Source of the DNA: an uncultured Gemmatimonadaceae bacterium
Lineage (GTDB): Bacteria > Gemmatimonadota > Gemmatimonadetes > Gemmatimonadales > Gemmatimonadaceae
Assembly: GCA_963829055.1 (NCBI GenBank)
Contig: CAWHHI010000011.1
Location: 128,001 to 192,000, forward strand
Length of the DNA: 64,000 bases
Direction of reading: 5' to 3'
Below, piece by piece: positions 40,124 through 52,146 of the stretch. A program made the translations under genes and the position numbers. The notes beneath the pieces were generated by a model. That model had not been told where the DNA came from, made no database searches, and was given only the letters and a program-made list of their open reading frames with translations. The first letter of the stretch is position 1. Every line of letters starts with the position of its first letter.

Positions 40124-41812
40124 TCACCTCGCCGGCAGCCGTTGATACGAAACATCCTCCCCTGATCGTACTTCGCTACGTCGCTCCCGTTCCGTCCGAC
40201 CGTTCACTTCCAGCAACCACACCTTCCGATCGCGGAAATACTCGATCAGCCGCGCGTTCTTCGCGGCGCCGAGGTCATGCGCCCACACGACGTCGGCCCG
40301 GTCGATGTCGGCCCCGTTTCGCACCCACTCGTCGTGGAAGTTGTGGCCCGGCCCATATCGTACGATCACGAGGTCCTTCCCAGCTTCGGACCGCAGCTGG
40401 CGCTCGATATCGGCCCGGCGGCGCGCCCACTGCGACCATTCCGGCGTCGCGCCCGTCGTCAGTGTGCGCACAAGCGGGACTCCGAGCTTCGCGAGTTGAG
40501 ACGCCGTCCAGAATGCGAGGACGAAGGCGACGACGTACTCCCCGACGGCAAAGCGGCCGAGGCGCAGCCCTCGGCACCACACGAGGCAGCTGAAATAGAG
40601 AACGATGAACAGCGCGGTTGCCGGTGCCGCGTAGTGCAGCTGGTACCACGACGAGAGTGTGAGTCCCGTGAGAACCACACAGAGACAGACGAGGGCCAGT
40701 CGCATCCACCGGTCGCGGAGCACAATCGGCAGCACGAGGAGTGGAGCGAGAAGCCACACCTGAAGGAAGAACGAGAACGTGGCCTTCAACCGCGCTGCGC
40801 TTCGCGACGCGTATCCCGCCGGTGAGCGAAGCGAGTCGGCGCTCGCCAACTCCCATTGCTGATACTGTCGCATGAGCGTGTCGCTCGACAATGGAAGATC
40901 TCGTCGCTTTTGCCAGACGAAATCAGGTCCGCGACCGTACTCGTCGTGATACGCCAGATACGGGAACTGGGTCGCCCGCCCGGTGACCGCGTGGTTGTAG
41001 CGGAGCATGAACGCAGCAGCGACGACGATGACAGCGGCCACTGGCAGAACCACGGATCGGATTCGGCGTCGCGGGCTCAAGTCCCTTCCTCGGACGAGCC
41101 GCCAGAGCACGACGACCGCGACCGGCGCACAGAGGAGCGCGCCCTCGTACGGTCTGCTGTTGGCGAGCAGCGCAGCGCCGAGGGTCATGAGAACGGCGTC
41201 GCGCGCCCGCGCCGTCTCGACCACGCGGCGTGCGCCGCCGAGCACGAGCGCACCGCCTAACGCTGCCACGGAACCGCCCCAGTACTGGAAGGTCCAGTAG
41301 GTAGAGGCGAGCCTCATCGCGAGAGCCAGCGCGCCAGCGAGCGCCCACGTCGGGCCGACCCACGCCCGCAGCATCCAGTAGACCGCGGCGCACATGAGCG
41401 CGAACGAGAGCCACACGCCGACGATCGGCTTTCCGGCCAGGGTGATGCCGAGCGAGATCGCCATGGCCTGTGCAGGCGGATACTTCGACGCGTAGGTCGG
41501 GTGCTGCAACACGTGGAACGTCTGAAGGTGCTCGGCCATCGGGTGCGGCGGGTTGGTCAGCCGGCCCGCTGCGAACGTCTCGGCGCCGAGCAGATAGCTG
41601 CCCTCGTCGTGGATGACGGGCTCGGGAAAGCCGACACCGGCGGCGCCCGCGACGGCCAGCAGGAACGCGGTAACGAAGACCAGAGCGAGCGAGACCCACG
41701 GCCGGCCCGCGAGCGCGGCGTTCCATCGACGCACCCGCTCGATCATGCGGCCCACAGCCGAAAAGACCCAGGACATGCGCGAAGCGAAGCTCATCAGTCG
41801 GGTTGCCGCCAT
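40124..41812 (-). CDS. Multi-pass membrane protein, GT-C (ArnT/PMT-like) glycosyltransferase candidate
   Basis: TM1 followed by IHDEGSY acidic motif, SKYPP, many TM helices, soluble C-terminal domain. Confidence 0.7.
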   Translation of the reverse strand: MAATRLMSFASRMSWVFSAVGRMIERVRRWNAALAGRPWVSLALVFVTAFLLAVAGAAGVGFPEPVIHDEGSYLLGAETFAAGRLTNPPHPMAEHLQTFHVLQHPTYASKYPPAQAMAISLGITLAGKPIVGVWLSFALMCAAVYWMLRAWVGPTWALAGALALAMRLASTYWTFQYWGGSVAALGGALVLGGARRVVETARARDAVLMTLGAALLANSRPYEGALLCAPVAVVVLWRLVRGRDLSPRRRIRSVVLPVAAVIVVAAAFMLRYNHAVTGRATQFPYLAYHDEYGRGPDFVWQKRRDLPLSSDTLMRQYQQWELASADSLRSPAGYASRSAARLKATFSFFLQVWLLAPLLVLPIVLRDRWMRLALVCLCVVLTGLTLSSWYQLHYAAPATALFIVLYFSCLVWCRGLRLGRFAVGEYVVAFVLAFWTASQLAKLGVPLVRTLTTGATPEWSQWARRRADIERQLRSEAGKDLVIVRYGPGHNFHDEWVRNGADIDRADVVWAHDLGAAKNARLIEYFRDRKVWLLEVNGRTERERRSEVRSGEDVSYQRLPAR

Positions 41813-41938
41813 CCATCGGTGGGAGGGGCCGCCTCGCGCGCACCTCGATCTGCGCTCAAGTTATTCGCGAGGAACGTAGCGTCGCGGCCATGACCGCATG
41901 GAGCTACTCGTTATCCCCCTTTCCGGCAACAGCGCCTT

Positions 41939-43555
41939 CTGAACACGCAAGCCACCACCGCGCCACGCGCGATCCTCGTACTCGCCGCCGCTATCGCGCT
42001 TACGCTCCTCGCGCCGCAGCTCGACTTCGTGCCGATATGGGACGGGTGGGCGTACGCCGAGTGTGCGGTCGACGTGGCGACGAATCGATTTGCCCTGTAT
42101 TTCCTCCGCTGCTACGACCATCCCGCGTACGTGTACTCGGGGTTTCTCGGCGCCGCTCAGTTGCTCGACGTTGGCAACCCCGTTCTGCTGTTCGTCGTCA
42201 ACGCCCTGGTTCTCGCCGCGGCAACCGTCGGGTTTCACAGGTTGATGCGTCGGGCATTCCCAGGAGAGGGCCACGAGACCGACATCGCGCTCCTGACCTC
42301 GGCGTTTCTCCTGCAGCCCGCGTTTCTCGCGTCGGTGATCCAACCGGGGCTCGACCTTCCGGTGCTGGCGGGCACGGTCTGGTGCACGGTGCTGATCCTC
42401 GAGCGTCGCTGGTTCTGGTGCGCCGCCGTGGGAATGGCCGCGGCCTTCTCGAAGGAGACCGGCCTCCTCGTCTACGGCGTGCTGCTCGGCTGCAGCGTCG
42501 TATGGTTGCTCGCGCGTACGCCAGGACCGCTCTCGACCAGGCTCCGGGCCCTGATCCCGCTCGCGCCGACTATCGTGCCGATCGTTGCCTATGCCGGCTA
42601 CGTGCTCGTGTTCAGTATCTTCCGCGCCGGACAATCGCCGGTGTGGAACACCGGTGGTAAGCTGCCGTTCGTCGTGAAGCTGATCACGACCCGGATGGAT
42701 CCCGCCACCGCGAGCTATCTTGCGATGCTGTTCGTGCTCAACTTCGCCTGGGTTCCGTCTGCCTGGGTTGCGGCGGACGCCGCGGTCGGCCTGCTTGGCC
42801 TCGCGCGACGTCGATCGGCCCGAGGCCTGCCGGGCGCGGATCGGGCAGTGATCGGATTCCTCACGCTGGCGGCAGTCGCCACGCTCATCACGCTCACGCG
42901 GTTCGTCACGTACAGCAACGTCAGGTATCTGATGGCGGGAACCGCGCTGCTGCTCGGCGTCGGATACGTCGCGCTCGTCCGGCTACACCTGCGATCCGAC
43001 GTTAGGCGCGTGGTGTTGGGAATGTATGCCGCACTGCTCGCCGTGTCGGCGATACGAACCGTGGACCCGGTGTCGCGATGGCTCTGGGGAACGTTCCCGT
43101 TCGGCTCCCACCAGATGCTGGATATGACGAGCATCACGGGAGAATGCTGTGGCGCGGGCCGGGATCAGTTGGTGTACTCGCTCGAGTTCACGCGACTTCA
43201 CGACCTCACCGACAGTGTCGTGACGACGCTCCTTCGCGATACGGCGACGGTCATCGGCGTCCCGTCGGGCATGCGGTATCTCACCGTCGGTCGGATCGAC
43301 CGTACGGCGTGGAAGAGAACACTCCGGCGTGAGGGAGCGTTCGAACCGAAGGTCATGACCGGGCCGGCGGTCGGCATTGGGGAACCGCCGCGGTCCTTGC
43401 TCTACATTGCCATGCCTAACGCCAAGGACTCTACCTCGCTCGCGGACCTTTCCAGTCTCTACGACGTCGCACCCGAGCGCCGGTTCGAGGCCAGCGGCTA
43501 TTCTGTCTCCGCGTACCAGATGACGCTGAAGAGCGGCGTCCGGGGGGCGCCCTGA
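41939..43555 (+). CDS. Multi-pass membrane protein, GT-C (ArnT/PMT-like) candidate
   Basis: TM1 then IWDGWAY, DHP, FSKETG, VRYL; frame is open upstream of 42029, start uncertain. Confidence 0.65.
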   Translation: MNTQATTAPRAILVLAAAIALTLLAPQLDFVPIWDGWAYAECAVDVATNRFALYFLRCYDHPAYVYSGFLGAAQLLDVGNPVLLFVVNALVLAAATVGFHRLMRRAFPGEGHETDIALLTSAFLLQPAFLASVIQPGLDLPVLAGTVWCTVLILERRWFWCAAVGMAAAFSKETGLLVYGVLLGCSVVWLLARTPGPLSTRLRALIPLAPTIVPIVAYAGYVLVFSIFRAGQSPVWNTGGKLPFVVKLITTRMDPATASYLAMLFVLNFAWVPSAWVAADAAVGLLGLARRRSARGLPGADRAVIGFLTLAAVATLITLTRFVTYSNVRYLMAGTALLLGVGYVALVRLHLRSDVRRVVLGMYAALLAVSAIRTVDPVSRWLWGTFPFGSHQMLDMTSITGECCGAGRDQLVYSLEFTRLHDLTDSVVTTLLRDTATVIGVPSGMRYLTVGRIDRTAWKRTLRREGAFEPKVMTGPAVGIGEPPRSLLYIAMPNAKDSTSLADLSSLYDVAPERRFEASGYSVSAYQMTLKSGVRGAP

Positions 43556-43572
43556 GTGAACCAGCGGTGTTC

Positions 43573-43740
43573 GTCATTCCGAGCGGAGCCTTGTCATTCC
43601 GAGCGAGCGACAGCGAGTCGAGGAATCGATTGTCATTCCGAGCGAAGTCGAGGAATCGCGCTCGTCCCGATAGAGGGACTCCTCTGCCCGTATGATCGCG
43701 ATTCCTCGACTGCGGCCTGACGGCCTCCGCTCGGAATGAC
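43573..43740. repeat. Family A REP-like element with triplicated left arm
   Basis: GTCATTCCGAGCG at 43573, 43593 and 43632; single right arm ending GGAATGAC at 43740. Confidence 0.85.
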
Positions 43741-43761
43741 AATCAGCGAATCGCTCGTCGC

Positions 43762-44546
43762 CTAACGCGATGACGGTACGCGCTCTCTCAGCAAGCGGGC
43801 GATCTCCCGGAAATACCGAAAGGACAACCCCGCCTGGCCGAGGTGGAAGGTGAGCGGGCGCCGCAATACCGAGGTGAAGCTCGTGGCCAGAAGCCGGGTT
43901 ACTCCTTCGTCCGCGTAGACATCCAGGATGAGCCGGAGGGTCTCGGCGAGCTTCTCGGGGGCGGTTCGGAGCAGGCAGGTGGCGAGCAGCGCTCGCACGT
44001 CGTCGGCACGTCGCCAGACCATCGGGCGACTCGAATCATGAATGGTCTCGAAGTCGAACCAGTGGGCGACTCCGCGCCTCGAGGTCGACCATCACGTTCT
44101 CGGCCATGGCGTCGCCGTGGGTAAATCCCCGGGCGATGGAACTCGGCGAGGGCGACGACCGCCAGTTCGATGGCCCTCTTCCGGACCGACTCCTCGAGCT
44201 CCGGATCCTCCAGCAGCGTCGCCAGCGTCTTTCCCGCGAGGCGAGGCAGGACGAGCGTCCCGTCGGCGTCGATCCGAATCGACAGTCCCGTGGAGGCTCC
44301 GGTAGAGCTGGCGCTCGCGCTCCTCCCACTCCCGCTGCGGGAGGACTCGCACGCCGGTATCCAGGAGCCTGACGAGCGGACCACCCAACCAGACCAGGAG
44401 AGGCGCGTAGAACAGGCGGTGACTTTCGCACCTGAAGCTCGCCGTCCTGGTAGACGATCCGAGCCTTCGAGTACCTCCCGGACCGGAGCAGCCGCCCCAG
44501 AGCCAGGCACAGGAGCGAAGTAGGCACGCTCCGCCAGCTCCCGCAC
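43762..44546 (-). CDS. Kinase-like/phosphotransferase-fold protein (several frameshifts)
   Basis: HGDAMAENVMVD followed by WFDFET (catalytic and metal-binding loops), split over frames. Confidence 0.55.
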
Positions 44547-44552
44547 GGCCGC

Positions 44553-44916
44553 TCAGTCCCCGGAGAGCAAGCAGGCGACACCGATGATGATCAGAACCAT
44601 GCCCACGACGTGCAGGCGACGAAGCTGTTCGCCGAAGACGTAGACGCTCGCCAGCGGGACGAGCACGTAGGTGAGGCTGGACAGCAGGTAGGCCCTCGAC
44701 AACGGGGCGACGCGGAGAACGTAGAGCCAGCACACCGTCGACGCGGCCCAGGCGACGATCCCCGACGAGGACACGCACGTCTCGGGCGGCGGCAAGCAGG
44801 AACTCGAGGCGGCCGAGCCCGGCGAGGTGCTGGGCGCCGGACTTCAGAAAGAGCTGTCCCGTCGCCGAGAACGCCACCGCACCCAGGATCAGGACCATCG
44901 TCTTTCCTTGCATCAT
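44553..44916 (-). CDS. SMR/EamA small transporter (ArnE/F-like flippase), frameshifted
   Basis: SATGQLFLK; WLYVLRVAPLSRAY..LTYVLV..FGEQL..GMVLIIIGV. Confidence 0.75.
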
Positions 44917-45687
44917 CGATTGCCTGCCTCGTGTCGAATCCGATCGGTGAGCGAGGTGCGCGCCCAGGGGAAGAGGACCACCGAGACCCACTTCAGGAAT
45001 GTTCGAACGTATCCGAACGGCTGGAGCTCCATTCGCCGGCTGGACGTGCGCGCGGTGAGGCTTCGATCGTAGAGGAAGCGCTCACGGTGGTACCGATAGG
45101 CCGCCCCGGTCAGCGGCCACTCTTCGGCGATCGCCAGGACTCGTTGAAGGGGCCGTAGCTCTCGAAGTGCGCCCGGTCGCAGCTCATGAACGCCGGCATC
45201 GACTTGGCCCTCGCCAGGGGGAGGCGTCGCGCCAGCCCCCAGAAGGTCCACCAGAGCCCACGCTCGGATCCCGGGCTCCCGGGAGGCGAGCCGATAGAGC
45301 ACCAGGCACCTGCCCTCGTCCTCGTGGAGCTCCAGGATGCGGTCGACGGCGTTCTCCGGAACGATGGTGTCCGCGTCGACGAAGCAGAGCACCCGCCCGG
45401 AGCTGGCCGCGGCCCCGACGTTGCGCGCCGCGGCGCAGGTCCGGCCGACGCAAGGGACCAGTCGCACGCCGACGTCATCGAGCGAAGGTGCCCACGATGG
45501 CCGCAGTGGCGTCCTCGCTCCCGTCGTCTGCCACGATGACCTCGAAGGAGGTATCCGGGAGCCAGAGATCGTTCCGCGAGACGCCCGAAGCCCGAGCCAC
45601 ACTCGCGAGAATGGCCTCCAGGACCTCGCCGATCAGCGCCTCCTCGTTTCGCGCCGGGATCACGAAGGAGAGACGACGCTCAGTCAT
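44913..45687 (-). CDS. Glycosyltransferase family 2 (frameshifted)
   Basis: SFVIPARNEE, VIVADDGSED, ARNVGA, FVDAD, TSSRR. Confidence 0.85.
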
Positions 45688-46300
45688 CGCGCTCCAGGCA
45701 TCCACCCGGCGACGACGAGCGAGCGGCCGGGCAGCACCGGCCGCTCGCGCCGCGACCGGATCCGCAGCCCGGCCGCCACCACGTCCCGCTCGAAGCTCCT
45801 GGGCGGTATAGAAGCGCCGCGTATGCATGGTGAACTTCGCGTTCGGCGGGACGTAGCCGAGGAGCTTCGAAACGTGGAATGCCACGATCGTCCAGAGGAA
45901 CTCGCGGACGCGAAGCCACGCGTAACCGAGGCGACTCGAATGAAGGGACTGCACCAGGATGATGGGTCCCCGGGTGACGCGAGCCGCTTCGGCCAGCACA
46001 GCCGGCCGGGTCGTTCGGGTAGGCGAGCATGAAGAAGAGAAGCGCGGCCGAGAACGTTCCCTCCTCGAACGGAAGGACCCCGTCGGCGATCAGGACCGGT
46101 GGCGGTCCCACGACATGCATGTCGCTCACGTCGGCGGTGACCACCTCGAGTCCCAGCTCCCGCTCCAACCGGGCCGAGAGGTGTCCGGTCCCCGAGCCGA
46201 GGTCCAGCACGGGCCCTTCGGTCGGCAGCCAGGCACCCACCTGCTCCATCAGCTGGCGGGCTCGCCGTTCCATGACGGCGTCAAACATCGACTTCAACAT
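45684..46300 (-). CDS. Class I SAM-dependent methyltransferase (frameshifted)
   Basis: VLDLGSGTG, LPFEEGTF, LAEAARVT. Confidence 0.8.
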
Positions 46301-47004
46301 CACTCGCCTCGAGCAACCCCGCCAGTGTGCTCGGTTCGTATCCGGTCTCGAGGAGCTCGCGCGGTGAGCCGAAGGATCTTCGGCCAGAAGCCCCGCTCCA
46401 GATCTCTGGGGTGAATCGCCAGCGTCGGGACTCCACGATCCAGGGACTGAGACAGCCACCCGATCCCGTGGCCGAGGTGCCCGAGCCAGCCCCAGCGACC
46501 ACAGTCCCAGGTCCAGGTCGCCAGGGGAATCTTTCGCCCGGCTCGTCGACTCGAGGGAGAAAAAGCCCAGGACGTATTCCAGTCCCAGGGTGTTGCCGCC
46601 TAACGCGCGCACGTGTCCCGCCTGCCAGGCCGGTGCGAGGAACCCCCGCGCTGGCTCGCCGAAGACCTCGGTGAAGACACGCTGTCCGCGCTCGACGAGT
46701 GCGTCGGGTTTCTTCCGCGTCCAGGCCGTTCATCTCGTCGCTGCCCTCGGTGAGCAACGTGGTCGGCCCCCAGCCTCGCCGACGTCGATGGAAGTAGCCG
46801 TGCAGGAGCAGCTCGTCGGAGGCCTCCTGGACGAGCTGGCAGTAGTCGGGATGCGCCGCCAGTGGCCACTCGCCGTGCCAGTTGGGGACCACACCGAAGC
46901 GAGAGACGACGCCCGACCAGCGGCGCGAGGTCCCGGATCATCACCCGGGTCTCCCGGGCGTAGGCCGGAGTGGCGTCGTGGATACAGACGAGGAAGGGCC
47001 GCAT
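46281..47004 (-). CDS. DUF2334 / polysaccharide deacetylase-fold protein (frameshifted)
   Basis: VCIHDATP, VVPNWHG, LLHGYFH, GFLAPAW, AIHP motifs across frames. Confidence 0.7.
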
Positions 47005-47059
47005 TCGCTGGCACGCGCGACGACGCACGCATGAACGTGCGTTGTCGCATCAGCCTTCC

Positions 47060-47273
47060 GCCTCAACGCCTCCGTCGGGTGCTGCCACTTGTTGACCGCT
47101 TCGAAGTAGAGCGTGCCTAACGTGATCGCCACCGCGATCGCCACCGTACCGACCAGGGTGAGCCCCGGATACCGCGCCAGAATGCGGACCCCGACCTTGA
47201 AGTCCAGCCAGGAGAATCGGGTCTGCGCCAGTGAGGCGGTGGAGGCGCGGCTACGAACGGAGAGCTTCGGCAT
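47060..47273 (-). pseudogene. 5' remnant of an ADOP-type ABC permease
   Basis: FSWLDFKVGVRILARYPGLTLVGTVAIAVAI is the typical N-terminus; similarity ends after about 65 aa. Confidence 0.7.
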
Positions 47274-47291
47274 GAGTCAGGCGGTGTAGGA

Positions 47292-47448
47292 CAAGTACTT
47301 TGCAAAACAGAGTAACTGTCGCGTTAGGACGGGTCAAGCCCGATCGAAGTCACAACGCGCCTGCCTCCTCGCGGTTTCGTTTGCCTCGTTGCGCCCGAGC
47401 AGAGCTCCGCATCGGTGCGCTCAACTTGGCACTGCAAAGTACTTGACA
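47292..47448. promoter_or_regulatory. Divergent promoter region with two operator-like sites
   Basis: CAAGTACTTTGCA (47292-47304) and TGCAAAGTACTTG (47433-47445) are exact reverse complements; minus-strand TTGACC-17-TACTCT (47337-47309); TTGACA at 47443. Confidence 0.6.
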
Positions 47449-47602
47449 TTCAAGAGGTGACCGCCTAAATCGCGCATCATCACACGCCCAGCGGCCTCGG
47501 GATGCGACCCGATCCGTAGGCCCGCGGCCTAACGACCGCACCGCAGCGGGCAGTATCACTGCGCCCACACGCCGGACCCGTCCATTCCCAACCTCGTGGA
47601 TC

Positions 47603-48515
47603 GTGCAACTCGTCATTCGCGACCTATCGAAGACCTATGCCAATGGCACTCGAGCGTTGAACCACGTCTCGCTCGACGTCCCACCCGGGATGTTCGGCCT
47701 CCTCGGCCGGAATGGCGCCGGCAAGTCCACGCTCATGCGGATCATCGCCACGCTGCAGGAGCCGGACGAAGGGTCGGTCCGGCTCGGCGACATTGATGTC
47801 ATTCGTCAGCGGGAGCGCGTACGCGAGACGCTCGGCTACCTGCCGCAGTCGTTCGGGTTCCACCCGAAGGTCAGCGCAGAGCGGCTGCTCGATCATTTCG
47901 CGGTGCTGAAAGGCCTCATCGAGCACGGGCGTTAGGCGCGACGTCGTCGATTCCCTGCTCCGCCGGACCAACCTGTGGGATGTGCGGACGCAGAGGCTCG
48001 GCACCTTCTCCGGCGGCATGCGGCAGCGCTTCGGCGTCGCCGTCGCCTTGCTAGGCAGCCCGAAGCTGATCATCGTCGACGAGCCGACGGCGGGGCTGGA
48101 TCCGGAAGAGCGCGTCCGCTTCCTGAATCTGCTGAGCGAGATCGGCGAGGACAGCGCGGTCATCCTGTCGACGCACATCGTCGAGGACGTCGAGGAGCTG
48201 TGCACCCGCCTCGCGATCATCGATCGCGGCGAAATCCTGCTGGAGTCGGAACCGATGCGCGCGATCGCGGAATTGCGGGGCCGCATCTGGCGCCGGAGTG
48301 TGAGCCGGGACGAGCTGGCCGCGCTCGAGCAGGAGCTCCCGGTGATCTCCACCAAGCTGTTCGCGGGGCGGACGGTCGCGCACGTCTACGCCGACACCTC
48401 GCCGGGAGCGGCGTTCGAGGCCGTCGAGCCGGACATGAAGGACGTCTACTTCAGCGTCATGGCCGGGCACCATGGACGTCGGGCGCCAGCATCGCAGACA
48501 CGGGTGGCGTCGTGA
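47603..48515 (+). CDS. ABC transporter ATP-binding protein, copy 1 (frameshift near 47930)
   Basis: GRNGAGKST, FSGGMRQR, VDEP, STH. Confidence 0.92.
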
Positions 48516-51500
48516 GATTTGGGGAAGTCTTCCGATACGAATTCGGGTACCGCATGCGAAGCGCCTCGACGTGGGGCTATGCGGTGTTCCTGTTCCTCAT
48601 CATCGTCTGGGGCACCCTTGCCACCGCCGACGGCGGCGCGGTCAATGCCAACGCGCCGATACAAGTCGCCCAGGCCACGGTGCTGTTCGGCGGGTTATTC
48701 GGTCTGGCGGTCTCCGCGGCGCTCTTCGGTGATGCCGCAATCCGCGACGTCGCGGTCGGCATGGATCAGCTCCTCTTCACCACACGACTCCGCAAAGCCG
48801 AGTTCCTCGGCGGCCGTTTCCTCGCCGCGCTGGCGGTCAACGCCATCGTCGTCCTCGCCCTGCCGCTGGGACACATGGTCGTCGACAGCGACACCGTTGG
48901 TGGGCTCGGAGCCGCTCGGCCCCTTCCGCCTGGCCGCGTATGTCCAACCGTTGCTGCTGTTCTCGTGGCCCAACCTCATCCTGGCAGGCGCGATCCTGTT
49001 CGCCATCGGGGCGCTGGCCCGGCACGTGGTTCCGGTGTACCTCGCGGCGATCGGCATCCTCATCGGGTACGTGACGGCCGCCAATTACTGGACTGGTGTC
49101 GACAACCCGCTACTGTCCGCGTTAGGCGACCCACTCGGCATCAATGCGCTGTTGGCGATGAATCAATACTGGACACCGGCCAACAAGAACGCCCAGCTCA
49201 TCGGCTTCCCGACATTGATGTTGCTGAACCGCGTTCTCTGGGTGGCGGTCGCGGCGGCCGTGTTCGCTCTGCTCCACCGGACATTCCGGTTCGCACACAC
49301 GAGTGAAGGCGGTCGTCGGCGCAAAGGCGTGGACGCGGTGGCAGCTGCCCCGTCGGAGCGGCACTCGCTGGTGGCGATTCCAAGAGCTGTCGGAACCTTC
49401 GGACTCCGCACCCGGCTGTGGCAGACGTTCGCGATCGCGCGTCGCACGTTAGGCGACGTCGTCGCCGGCCGCGCATCGCGAGTGATGCTGCTTGGCGCAG
49501 CCGGGTGCGTCGTGCTCATGGGCTGGAACGTGACCGAGACCGTCTTCGAGACCACAACGTGGCCGGTCACGCATCTCGTCGCCGGAAGGGTCATCTCCGA
49601 TCGCGTCGCGATCATCCCCTGGCTGATCATCGTTCTCTTCGCGGGTGAGCTCGTGTGGAAGGAGCGCGAGGTCGGGACGGCCGAAATCGCCGACGCCGTG
49701 CCCGTGCCCGATGGCCTCGTGGTGCTCGGGCGCTTTCTGGCGCTCGTCGCGATAATCGCGGCCGTGCTCGCGTCGCTCATGATCGGCGGCGTCCTCATGC
49801 AGGCGCTGCAGGGCTATTACCACTTCGAGCTCGGCCTCTACGCGCGCATCCTTTTCGGCTTCACGTTCGCCGATTGCGTGCTCCTCGGTGCGCTCGCCAT
49901 GACGGTGCACGTGCTCGTGAACCACAAGTACGTTGGCCACATCGTCGCGCTGTCGGCATGCGTGTTCACGAAGGTCGCGCCGGCCTTTGGTTTCCAGCAC
50001 CACCTGCTGGTCTACAACACCGATCCGCACTGGACGTACTCGGACATGAGCGGCTTCGGTCCGTTCACCGGTCCGTTCGTGTGGTTCAAGCTCTATTGGG
50101 CGGCGTGGGCACTTCTGCTCGGGGTGCTCGCGGTCCTGTTCTGGGTGCGCGGTCGCGAGCCCGGAGTGCGCCGTCGCTTCGCCATGGCGCGTGCGCGGTT
50201 CATCGGGCCCGTCGCGCGAGCGGCCGCGGTGGCGATGGTGCTCATCCTGGGGCTCGGTGGATTCGTTTTCTACAACACGAACATCCTGAACGAGTATCGC
50301 ACGCGGAATGAGACCGGGGCGCCGCAGGCCGAGTACGAGAAGCGCTACGCGCGTTTCGAGAAGACGCCGCAGCCGACGATCACGGACGCGACGCTGCGTG
50401 TGGAGATTTATCCCGATGAACCCGCCGCCGATGTGCGCGGCACTTATGTGCTCACGAACAAGACCATACACGAGATCGATTCGGTACACGTGTTCGCCGA
50501 TCCGAACGTCGAGGCGCGTTCGTTCTCGCTCGACCGCCCGGCCAAGCCTGTGCTCACGGATGCGAAGGCCGGGTATCGGATCTTCGCGCTGGAGCGGGCG
50601 CTCCAGCCGGGCGACTCGCTGCGGCTCACGTTCGATGTGCGCCTCGGTCAGCGCGGCTTTCCGAACGGCGGATCACAGACCGACGTAGTTCGCAACGGCA
50701 CGTACTTCGACCGACGCCGGCTGCCGTTCATCGGGTACCAGCCGATGTTCGAGCTGTCCGGCAACGAGGCACGGAAGCGCTTCGGTCTCGCGCCCCAGCC
50801 GCCACTGCCCGGGCCTAACGACGTCGAGGCCCGACAGTACCGCGGGCAGGTGCGCGGCGAGGATCGCGTCCACGTCGAGGCGACGATCGGCACCGCCATC
50901 GACCAGACGCCGATCACGACGGGCGTGCTGCGCCGAAGCTGGACGGAGAAAGGCAGGCGCTACGTCCAGTACGAAACCGAAGGTCCCGTCTCGTTCGCCG
51001 GCCCGATCTTCTCCGGTCGGTATGCCGTGCTCGAGGACCGGTGGACTCCGTCGACGGGCGCGGGACAGTCTGTCTCACTCGAGATCTTCCATCACCCGTC
51101 CCACGGCAAGGGTGCGGACCCGATGATGCGAGCGATGAAGGCATCGCTCGACTACTACACGAAGAGTTACGGGCCGTACCCCTTCCGCCAGCTACGCATC
51201 GTCGAAATACCGCCGTACTCGACGTTCGGCCACGCGGACCCAGGCACGATCGCGTTCTCCGAGGACGCGTTCTTCGGTCGAATCAAGGAAGGAGAGCTCG
51301 ACCACATTTTCTACGGGGCCTCGCACGAGATCGGGCATCAGTGGCAGGTGAGCGACGCCGTCGTGCGCGGTATCGGATACCTGAGCGAATCGTTCGCGAA
51401 CTACAGCGCAGTGATGGTGACCGAGAAGACCTACGGTCTGGAGGCAGCTCGCCGAGCCTACGGCTTTCACATGGAGCGCTATCTCGTCGGGCGGGCGGAG

Positions 51501-52121
51501 CAGTCGCGCGAGGTCCCGGTGCTCGACGTCGAGCGGCAGACCTACATCATGTACCGCAAGGGCGCGATCGCGCTCCTCACGCTGCGCGACTTCCTCGGCG
51601 AAGACGCAGTGAACACGGCGCTGCGGCGATATCTCGAGAAGTACCGCAATGCCGGGCCGCCGTATCCGACGGCGCTCGATCAGTATGCCGAGCTGCGTGC
51701 CGTCACACCCGACTCGCTTCGGTATCTCCTCACGGATCTCTTCGAGACGGTCACGCTCTGGGACGTGAAGACCGAACGCGCGTCCGTGCAGCCGACGGGC
51801 ACCGGTGCCTATCAGGTCACGCTCGACGTCGTCGCGAAGAAGATGAGGGCCGACAGCGTCGGTACGGAGACCGAGGTGCCGATGAACGACCTCGTCGAGA
51901 TCGGTGTCTTCGCGCCCGGCAAGGACGATGGCCTGGGCGAGCCGCTCTACCTAACGCGGCACCGTATCCGGAGCGGCAAGCAGACGATCGTGGTCACCGT
52001 ACCTCGGCAGCCGTCGCGCGCGGGCATCGATCCCTATCGCAAGCTGATCGACCGTCAGCGGGAGGACAACGTGGCCGATGTCGAACCCGGAGCGACGGCC
52101 GCGCCCCGCACTCGTCCTTGA
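48512..52121 (+). CDS. ABC-2 permease fused to M1 aminopeptidase domain, copy 1 (frameshift near 48880)
   Basis: About 12-13 TM helices, then a soluble domain with HEIGHQW..ESFANYS and YRKG. Confidence 0.88.
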
Positions 52122-52146
52122 TCCGTCCCTACCTCCGCCTTTTCGT

